NCBI GenBank assembly: GCA_001724265.1
Contig: MEDY01000044.1
Coordinates: forward strand, 116,102 to 136,101
Direction: 5' to 3'
Source of the DNA: Rhizaria sp. SCN 62-66
Taxonomy: Eukaryota
DNA length: 20,000 bases
The notes beneath the pieces were generated by a model that saw only the letters and a program-made list of their open reading frames with translations, was not told the DNA's origin and ran no database searches. A program made the position numbers and the translations under genes. Position 1 is the stretch's first letter. Each line of letters starts with the position of its first letter. Positions 8,756-16,438 of this stretch are shown here, one piece after another.

Positions 8756-10723
8756 ATGATAAAAGCATCAAATCTCCTTCTCTCGTCAACAAAATTGATT
8801 CGACAAAGCGTTTCTTCTTCCTCATCCCTTGCTAAGAAGATCAGCAGCACTGCCACATGTACCGCTACCACTCGATCAGCAGCTTCAACAACAGCTCTGT
8901 CGCGTTCCAAGTGTATCTCGGTGCGATTTTGCAGCGTAGCACCGCTCTCAATAGTTTTAGCTGCTATGCTTCACTCCACAGTCCCACTCAAACTTGGATC
9001 GTGGAAAGATAGCAATAACAGAAGCCACGACTTTGACAACGCTCCTTATAGACCACCGCCGCCACCGTCGTCCGAGTACTCGACGCCCTACGCCAGCGGC
9101 TACCCGCATGCCTACAGGGACAGCGTGGACTGGTCCTCCCGTACCAGCAACCGCCACAACTCAAGCAATGAGTCAGCGTTCACACATACAGATGGAGGCT
9201 CCAAATCCAGCGCTCATGATCGTCGCACTAGCAACGGGACTAACACTGGCACATCCAGGTGGGTCCCCTTCCTCATGCTCACTGCCTGTGCCGCGTTTGC
9301 CCTGTACGCCGCCTTCGCTCCGCTGCCGCCCCCGTCTCGTCACTATCAGCTCCTCGAGGCCGCCATCCTCGCCGACGACCGCCAGGGTCTCCAGCGCCTG
9401 CTCCAGCGCCGTTGCGACCCCAACGCGCGCTCCCCGCACTGGGGCATGACGCCGCTCGCACTCGCCGCCGCGGTCCCCAGCTCCCCGCGCCTCGTCGAAA
9501 TCCTGTTGCAAGCGGGCGCTGACCCCGCCGCGCCGGCGTTCGCGGGAGGCACGGCGCTTATGGCGCTGGGCGCCAAGGCCGCCTCGCAGAAGATGCGCGG
9601 GTGGCTTTCCCAGGGTCGCAAGCTCACGGACGCGCGGCCGATTGCACCCGCCGATGCCGAGGTGATTGTGAAGATGCTTTTGGGCGCGGCGGACGCGGCT
9701 GCCGGCGTGCGCGGCCCAACCGCATGGGATGACTCGAACACTGACGCTAAGGCGGGAGACAACGCGCCTGCGGTGGGGGCTGCGGCGCTGGCGCGACGGA
9801 ACTGGCGGGTGCCGCCGATCAGCGAGGGCTTGCGCAACACAGGCGCTGTTAACATCGACAACAGCGGTAGAAAGAAGAACGATGACAATAGAGCTGGCAG
9901 TGCAATCTCGGACGACGAACACCGCGGCTACACAACTGACTTTACTGTTAACCCAAGCAACGCAAACGCGCTCACCAACACAAACCCGTACAACTACAGT
10001 GACGCGGCCCAAGCAAACACTGCCGCGAAAGACGACAGCGGCATCAGTCTCGAAGGTGGTGACAAAAGCGCCGGCTGGCAGGAGACCTACGGCCGCCGCC
10101 GCTCCAAGGAGCTGGGCGTCTCGCCCACCTTCTTCTCCCGCGTGCGCGAGGTGTTTACTCACAGCAGCGAGCGCTGGGTCATCGCGGCCGCCGCGCCCTG
10201 GGGCGAGATTTTGGCCGAGCAGCCGGAGTCGTTGGCGGTGCGCTGGGCCAGCGCCAACGCGGCGGCGGCCGCGGCGGGTGCGGGGAGCTTCCAGCCCAAG
10301 GCGCCGACGTATGGCAACTACTACGACAGCAACTCCTCGCAGTGGGGCTCCAAGGGGCTCTTCGGCACCGACTCAGCAGCGGCGACGGAAACGGGCGGCC
10401 GTGTACACGGACGCAGCAGCGACAGCGACAACGCTGACGGCACCAGCGTTGGTGGTGGCGGCTTTAGCGGAATTAGGCGCACACAGGGTGTTGACAACAG
10501 TAAGCTGCCGCGCGTCCCCACTGCGATGCGCGCCTTTGCGGCCGCAGGCACCGGCTGGACCAGTCTCGTGGCGACGCTCGTGCGCGCAGGCGGCGTGGCC
10601 TACGCAGAAACCGAGGCTGCCAACGCTGAGCGCGACGGCGACGCTGCGGCTGCGGGCGTGATTAGGGACGCGATTGTTCAAGTCACAGGTGTTGGCAGCC
10701 GTCGCGGCGAGGAGAACCAGTGA
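8756..10723 (+). CDS. Ankyrin-repeat protein with putative mitochondrial presequence and single transmembrane segment (~655 aa)
   Basis: First in-frame ATG at 8756 (the ORF-track start at 8705 is GTG); TGA at 10721-10723. The N-terminus MIKASNLLLSSTKLIRQSVSS... is S/T/K/R-rich with no acidic residues. Hydrophobic WVPFLMLTACAAFALYAAF at ~9260-9317. Ankyrin consensus matches LLEAAILADD..GLQRLLQRRCDPNA, GMTPLALAA....RLVEILLQAGADP and GGTALMAL at ~9345-9570, plus a degenerate repeat TAMRAFAAAGTGWTSLVATLVRAGG near the C-terminus. The start codon is uncertain (alternative ATG at ~8966). Confidence 0.8.
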   Translation: MIKASNLLLSSTKLIRQSVSSSSSLAKKISSTATCTATTRSAASTTALSRSKCISVRFCSVAPLSIVLAAMLHSTVPLKLGSWKDSNNRSHDFDNAPYRPPPPPSSEYSTPYASGYPHAYRDSVDWSSRTSNRHNSSNESAFTHTDGGSKSSAHDRRTSNGTNTGTSRWVPFLMLTACAAFALYAAFAPLPPPSRHYQLLEAAILADDRQGLQRLLQRRCDPNARSPHWGMTPLALAAAVPSSPRLVEILLQAGADPAAPAFAGGTALMALGAKAASQKMRGWLSQGRKLTDARPIAPADAEVIVKMLLGAADAAAGVRGPTAWDDSNTDAKAGDNAPAVGAAALARRNWRVPPISEGLRNTGAVNIDNSGRKKNDDNRAGSAISDDEHRGYTTDFTVNPSNANALTNTNPYNYSDAAQANTAAKDDSGISLEGGDKSAGWQETYGRRRSKELGVSPTFFSRVREVFTHSSERWVIAAAAPWGEILAEQPESLAVRWASANAAAAAAGAGSFQPKAPTYGNYYDSNSSQWGSKGLFGTDSAAATETGGRVHGRSSDSDNADGTSVGGGGFSGIRRTQGVDNSKLPRVPTAMRAFAAAGTGWTSLVATLVRAGGVAYAETEAANAERDGDAAAAGVIRDAIVQVTGVGSRRGEENQ

Positions 10724-11080
10724 GTGTCAGTGATAAAATGTACAATTCGCGCCACATAATGTGCATGACTTGAAATAAACAAAAAATACATCATTGTGAT
10801 TAATATAAACAAAAATACTTTCTGGCATGGCCAAAATTTATCTCTGCTCTATCCGCGATGTACTGCGTGACTAACCCTTGGTAACACTGTAACTCAAGCT
10901 TTACTTAAGTTGGGTGTGAGCTCTGAAGCTCAATCTCCGCCCGCATGATCTGAAGATCGCAGCATCGTCAATATGTACTGGAAACAACATGCCCGAATCG
11001 AAATCGATGTTTTGTATTCTAGGTTTATCGTTTTTATTAAAAGTGGTATCTTGCAAAGTACCTGCCGCGAGCTCACGCAC

Positions 11081-12892
11081 TTACTTCAGCTGGGCGCAAA
11101 CGTGTTGGTAGTACCCCGTCCGCGCGGGATCAATCACGATAAGGCGCGCAAACACGTCCTTGATGACGCGCAGCCGTCCACTGTCATTTTTGCTGTCATC
11201 GCCCTCAGCAGCGTAAGCATCGGCGCTGGCGCCCGCGACGCCCATGGCCTCGGCGGCCTCCGCCGCTGCGGCCTCAGCCTCCGCCTCTGCCTCGGCGACG
11301 GCGGGCTGGTCCTCGAGCGCGAGCGCGCGCGCCTGCGCCCGGAGGCACTGCGCCGTGACGAGCAGAATCGCGACCATGCCAGGCGCCCACTTGCTCTCGG
11401 CGCCGATCATCGGCAGCAGCGAGGCAACCAGCGACGTCTGCGCCGTGATCCGCGCCAGCTTGCGCGCGACGAGCGCCGCGCGGGCCTCGGGCGTCGTCAG
11501 ACATGCAGGCGGGGCCGCAGCAGTGCTCGCAGTACGGCTGCTGTCGCTGTTGTTTGTGTTGTTGTTACTGTTGTCGGACATGCTGGGGGAGTTTGAAGTG
11601 AGCTCGGACGTGGACTGGAAGTACAGAGACACGAAACCACTGTTAGCACTGCTAGACTCGGCCGCAGTCTCAGGAGCGGTCGCAGCCTCAGTCTCAGCCT
11701 CGGTCTCAGTCGCGGTCTCCGGTTCGCCACTCTTCTCGCCATCATCGCCACTCTGGCCCTTGCTGGCGACTGCGGCGGCAACGCGCGTGGCGATATCGCG
11801 GTACTTCAGGCGCAGCTTGCTCTCAATCGGCGCCGCGTCCTCGCCGGGACCGCACAGCAGCTCGCTCCGGCCGGCACCAGTCTTGCCAGTCTTGGCGCTG
11901 GTAGTGGTGGCGGTGGCGGTGGCGCCCGAGAGGAACGTGAAGGACGAGACGGAGATCTTTGGGTTGGGCAGGAACGGCATCAGCGTCGACAGCGTCGGCA
12001 TTCCCACAGCTCCACTGCTAGCCTCCGCGCTGTTCCCAGCGCCAGCGCCAGCATTAGCGTTAGCGTGAGCATTAGTGGCGACAGGGAAGAGGTATCCGTT
12101 GCCCAGCGCGAGGACCTGTCCGATGAGCCAACGGTAATAGAGCCACGAGCTCTGGTCGTCGGGCTCCATCGCAAACGCCGTCGTGACCATCTCGACCTCA
12201 GCATCAAAGGCCGCGTCGACGACGGCGCGCGCGGCCGTCTCGGCGGCCTCGACCGCGCTCTCGTCAGCACCAGCGTTGTCAGCACTGCCACCGTTGTCAG
12301 CGGCGGCGGCGATAATGCGGCGGCGGATAACGAGCGGCAGCAGCACGGAGCGGTAGTGCCAGGCGGAGTAGTTGGAGAAGTTGGCCTCAATCTTGGTCGT
12401 GGTGAAGTCGAACTCGCTCTCCACAGTCGTCTCCCCGCGCTTCACCGCCATTTGCGCGATCGAGCGGCGGTAGTTCCAGCAGTGAAAGTTGCGCTCGTCG
12501 ACGGCGAGGAAGCGGGCGCACAGCTCGAGCTCGGCGGGCAGCGACGCGCCGCCCTGCTCGCAGACCCAGAGCCGGTGCGCCCACGCGCAGTACGACTTGT
12601 GGTTCTTCTGCAGCGACTTCTCCATCAGCGCGAGCTCGGCGGCCCACAGCGCGGGCCCGCGCTCGGGGGCGGCGGCCAGGAAGGCGAGGATAATCTCCTT
12701 GCGGAAGTTGTACACGGTGTAGAAGTCCGGGTTGACGACGAGCAGCGCGGCGGTGAGCTCGTACGTCTCGGGCGTGTAGACGTGGGCCTGGCGGGCGCGG
12801 ATCACGTCCACCTTGGCCTTGGTGTATTTCTCCACCTTGAGCGTCTCTTCGCGCGTGGGCTCGCCGCGGGGGCGGCGCTCGCGGCCGTGCAT
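11081..12892 (-). CDS. RABGGTA: Rab geranylgeranyltransferase (GGTase-II) alpha subunit, BET4/RABGGTA family (~603 aa)
   Basis: Family-typical N-terminus MHGR (ATG at 12892). Prenyltransferase alpha repeats NPDFYTVYNFRK, NHKSYCAWAHRLW, DERNFHCWNYRR, NFSNYSAWHYRS, EPDDQSSWLYYRWL; terminal IDPARTGYY; TAA at 11083-11081. An upstream in-frame ATG at 12991 adds 33 non-conserved-looking residues and is probably not the start. Confidence 0.95.
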   Translation of the reverse strand: MHGRERRPRGEPTREETLKVEKYTKAKVDVIRARQAHVYTPETYELTAALLVVNPDFYTVYNFRKEIILAFLAAAPERGPALWAAELALMEKSLQKNHKSYCAWAHRLWVCEQGGASLPAELELCARFLAVDERNFHCWNYRRSIAQMAVKRGETTVESEFDFTTTKIEANFSNYSAWHYRSVLLPLVIRRRIIAAAADNGGSADNAGADESAVEAAETAARAVVDAAFDAEVEMVTTAFAMEPDDQSSWLYYRWLIGQVLALGNGYLFPVATNAHANANAGAGAGNSAEASSGAVGMPTLSTLMPFLPNPKISVSSFTFLSGATATATTTSAKTGKTGAGRSELLCGPGEDAAPIESKLRLKYRDIATRVAAAVASKGQSGDDGEKSGEPETATETEAETEAATAPETAAESSSANSGFVSLYFQSTSELTSNSPSMSDNSNNNTNNSDSSRTASTAAAPPACLTTPEARAALVARKLARITAQTSLVASLLPMIGAESKWAPGMVAILLVTAQCLRAQARALALEDQPAVAEAEAEAEAAAAEAAEAMGVAGASADAYAAEGDDSKNDSGRLRVIKDVFARLIVIDPARTGYYQHVCAQLK

Positions 12893-12967
12893 CGGGTGGG
12901 AAGAGAAAAACGCGACGGGGAACGGCGCGGGGGCGGGTCTGGAGGAGACTGGAGTGGCGTCATCGAG

Positions 12968-13326
12968 GTAAGTGTGTGTGTGGTGAGACATTTACATCAA
13001 AGATATGATAAGATATATCACGCATTACTCAGTGATCTAATAGTATAATATGATATCGTTAGCAAAAAATCTTGCTCTTAACCTATCAAAGCTATTGACG
13101 GTCAGTGCGAAGTAGGCATAACAATGAAAGCGAAGCCAGATCCACGTCGACTTGACGGACGGACCAAGGAAAGCGAGCACAGCAGCCCAGTAGCCCATGC
13201 ATTCTGCCTTCACTTCGCATCTGCATTGCAAACTATATCTTCCGACTGTACATATCCGCTTCGAGAGACAGACATAACGTGCTAACTTACCTGTTTTTCT
13301 TTAATTTTACTTTTTCAAACAAACAG
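12968..13326 (+). other. Candidate 5'-UTR intron of the TrpRS transcript
   Basis: GAG|GTAAGT at 12968; GCTAAC branch at 13281-13286; T-rich tract; the first downstream AG is CAG at 13324-13326, 78 nt before the ATG. Signal-based only, with no coding constraint to confirm it. Confidence 0.4.
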
Positions 13327-13404
13327 AAACCCTTCCAACCCGCTCCTTTCTCCACACTCCTCGACTTATCGCACGCCAGTTCCTTGTGCGCTTGCTGCTC
13401 CCCG

Positions 13405-15921
13405 ATGTTTCTTCGCCGTGCCCGCTCCGCCGCGCGCCCCGCAGCGCGCGCCGCCGTGCTCTCCCTGCCCCTGCGCTCCTTTACCAGCAAGCCCTCGTCG
13501 TCGCCGTCGTCGGGCAGCTCGTCGCGCCGCCCCGTGTGGTTCGCGGCCGAGACGCCGCGGCAGGTCATGTCTGGCATCCAGCCCACGGGCGTGGTGCACC
13601 TGGGCAACTACCTCGGCGCGCTTGTCAACTGGACGCTCATGCAGGAGTCGGAGCAGTGGCAGCACCAGAAGGACCTCATCACCAAGGTCGAGGCTGCGTA
13701 CGCGCGCGTGCTCTCGCCGCCCTCCGCCGCAACGGCTACCGCCAGTGCAAACGCCAGCGCTAACGCAGACTCCACACTTACTGCCACGACTGCGGGTGCG
13801 CAGCTGTCTCCGTCCGAAGCCCGCGAGAAGGTGCTGGCCGCGGTCGCGCGCGCCCCGCTGGCGCCAAAGAAGGTGCTGTGCCAGCTGGCCGACCTGCACG
13901 CGCTCACCACTAACTATCCCCGCGACGAGCTGGTACAGAGCAAGCGCATGCTCACTGCCACGCTCATGGCGCTCGGCATGCGCCAGGAGCACAGCGCCAT
14001 TTTTGCGCAGGTACGGCAGACACGCAGCTTATGACTGGACTGCTTTGAAATGAAACGAAGCCTTGTATCCTCACTGTCATGTAAACATTGCGTCAAACGA
14101 CGTCATGACTTGTGTATTATTGCAAGTGTTAGAGCTTTTGATTAATATTCTGCATTGTTCACCTTTGTATTCTGACCTGTTTTGCACTGTTCTCGTAACA
14201 TTCTTTGCTTACGTTCATTCTCACTCATTTTTTCCCTTGCTCCTGTTTGTAACGAACAAATCCCGCTCACTCTAACGCTCGCGCGCGCGCACAGTCATCT
14301 GTGCCGCAGAACTCCGAACTGGCCTGGGTATTGACGTGTCTCACGCCGCTGCCGCTGCTCTTCCGCATGACCCAGTTCAAAGACAAGGCGCAAAAGGCCG
14401 TCTCCGCCAACAACGGCCCCGACTCTGCTAACGGCAACAGCGACGCTGCGGCTGCGGCTGCGAATGCGAATGACGCGGGCGCTGCCGCCCGCCCGGCCCC
14501 CGGCACGCGCGGCTCCACAGTGGCCGCCGCGATGGCCGCCATCGCGGGCGGCCCCTCCGCCGCGGCGGCGCAGTCAGGGGATGACGCGGCCGCACTCGCG
14601 GGCGGCACCAAGGCCGGGCTGCTCATGTACCCCGCTCTCATGGCCGCGGACATGCTCATCTTCAGGTAAATTACACAGAAGAAAATTTCCAAATCTGGAA
14701 TAACCTGCGATCAATAACGATATATCGTGTGAATACCTTGAATTCATCTAAATATCATCAATTCACCTGATTTTGCCTTCTCTCGCTTGTTATCTGCCTT
14801 ATGACTCACTCAGGTCGACGCACGTGCCCGTCGGCGCAGACCAGACACAGCACATCGAGTTCTGCCGCGACCTGGCCCGCGAGTTCAACGACAGCTACTG
14901 CAACGCCAAGTTCCCTTTCTTTCCCCGGCCGCAGGGCATGTACCCCACGACCAAGAGCGCGGCGCGCATCATGTCGCTGCGGAACCCGGGCAAGAAGATG
15001 AGCAAGAGCGAGCCCGCCGAGGCGTCGCGGCTCTGCGTCACCGACAGCGACGTTAACATCATGAAGAAGGTCCGCACCGCGGTCACCGGTACGTTCACCG
15101 CTATATAGACACAGACACGACACTATTCTAGTGCCTAGTTCACACGTATTTAACTCTGGCAAACTCACAACTTCATTCTTGTCTGCTATCTGTGACTTTG
15201 TTATTGCCTCTGTTCAGACTCGCAAGGCGGCTTGACTTACGACCCCGTGGGCCGCCCCGGCGTGTCGAACCTCATCGACCTGCTCACGGGCCTGAGCAAC
15301 CACGCGCGGCAGCAGCAGCACGCGCGCTCGGCCTCAGCCGCGCTGGCGCGGATGCTGCCGCAGACCACGCCGGAGGCCCGCCAGCGCGCACTCAAACGCA
15401 TCATTAGCGGCGTCGTCGGCGCGGATGCAAACGATGTCGCGATGCTCAAAGGTACGCTTTGTTATCGAATGCGTCCCTAACACAACTTGATCAAGTTATA
15501 TATCTCTACACTCGAGAACAACTGGGTTGAAAAATGAATATCATAATTATCAAACTAAAACTCACATCACTACGTCTTGTACCTCTCTAACCTTCTCTTC
15601 TGTTTGATATTACCTCAAATCACTTCAGAGTACAAGGCGGCCCTAGACGCGGCCCTCACCCCGTGCTCTTTGCTGACTCCGGACGACATCATCGCAGAGT
15701 CCGGGTCCTCCGTGCTCCTCTCCGCGTTTAAAACGACCGTGGGCGAGGCCGCGGTGGCCGCGCTGGGCCCGATCCGCGACGAGGTCGCGCGTTTGACTGC
15801 CGACGGCGCCGCTGTGGACGCCACGCTGCGGCACGGCGCCGAGCACGCGCGGGCCGTGGCGCAGGAGACCATGGGCAACGTGTACGACCTGACCGGGCTG
15901 GGGATCCCCGCGAGGAAGTAA
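13405..15921 (+). CDS. WARS2: Tryptophanyl-tRNA synthetase, bacterial-type, mitochondrial; exons 13405-14010, 14295-14665, 14814-15088, 15218-15451, 15629-15921 (592 aa)
   Basis: Arg/Ala/Ser-rich presequence MFLRRARSAARPAARAAVLSLPLRSF. Motifs SGIQPTGVVHLGNYLG (HIGH-type), ADLHALT, FAQ|SSVPQNSELAW, RMTQFKDK, GLLMYPALMAADML, VPVGADQTQHIE, KMSKS, AVT(D)S, YDPVGRPGVSNL. Four GT-AG junctions keep frame and rebuild conserved motifs across the joins; total 1779 nt ending in TAA. Confidence 0.95.
14011..14294 (+). other. Spliceosomal intron 1 of TrpRS (284 nt, phase 0)
   Basis: CAG|GTACGG ... CTAAC branch at 14272-14276 ... ACAG|TCA; AT-rich; restores FAQSSVPQ. Confidence 0.9.
14666..14813 (+). other. 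Spliceosomal intron 2 of TrpRS (148 nt, phase 2)
   Basis: CAG|GTAAAT ... CTCAG|GTCG; restores DMLIFRSTHVPVG. Confidence 0.9.
15089..15217 (+). other. Spliceosomal intron 3 of TrpRS (129 nt, phase 1)
   Basis: CCG|GTACGT ... TTCAG|ACT; restores AVTDS. Confidence 0.9.
15452..15628 (+). other. Spliceosomal intron 4 of TrpRS (177 nt, phase 1)
   Basis: AAG|GTACGC ... CTCTAAC ... TTCAG|AGT; keeps frame into the GC-rich last exon. Confidence 0.85.
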
Positions 15922-16438
15922 GCGCGCGAACCAGGCGTCCTCTGTCGCGTCGTCAGAGTGCGATATGCTAAGCGTACTGCGTGTTTGTGTAATTCGCAGT
16001 GCCAGCGCGTCGATAGAAACGAGTGGATTTCGTTTGTCAGATCGTGGGTTATTTAAATATATTTATTTTTTCGTTATTTAATACACTGTTTTGTAGTTGT
16101 AAATACGGCTAATTAAGCGGAAACTTGTGCTATAACAAGTGTTATGCAACTTGAAGAGCAGATTTGTCATGCGTGATACAGAGCTGAGCGAGTCGTTGAG
16201 GCTGTTCCGAGGGGAGTAACCGACCAAAAAAAGCGACTGAATCTGATACATACCGTCGTCAAGCGTAATTTTCGGTAATGTCCAGTATTATATTTTTATT
16301 AATTCGCTCATTTCTCTTTTTCATTTTTTCTAAAACAAACTCCCTCTCTCGCTCTAGCTTGCAAAAAAGCCTCTTGCAGGCACTACTTCGTTTCTCCCAG
16401 CTCGACTCCTTGCATTGTCCTGGTTTGCTCCCACAACC

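Noticed and set aside
12893..12991. 33-aa N-terminal extension of RabGGTase alpha from the upstream ATG
   Set aside because: Family members begin at MHGR; the extension includes a CA repeat and may lie in a UTR or intron.
13284..13293. ACTTACCTG resembling the U1 snRNA 5' end
   Set aside because: Followed by a T-tract rather than U1 stem-loops; better read as a minus-strand splice donor.
16098..16105. TGTAAATA Pumilio/Puf3-type element downstream of the mitochondrial TrpRS stop
   Set aside because: A single 8-mer in AT-rich DNA is plausible by chance (TGTACATA also occurs at 13247), the UTR extent is unknown, and the local PUF lacks canonical triplets.
16265..16400. Possible 5'-UTR intron upstream of the coiled-coil gene
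   Set aside because: Pyrimidine tracts and several AGs are present, but only weak donors (GTAATT/GTAATG); boundaries cannot be supported.
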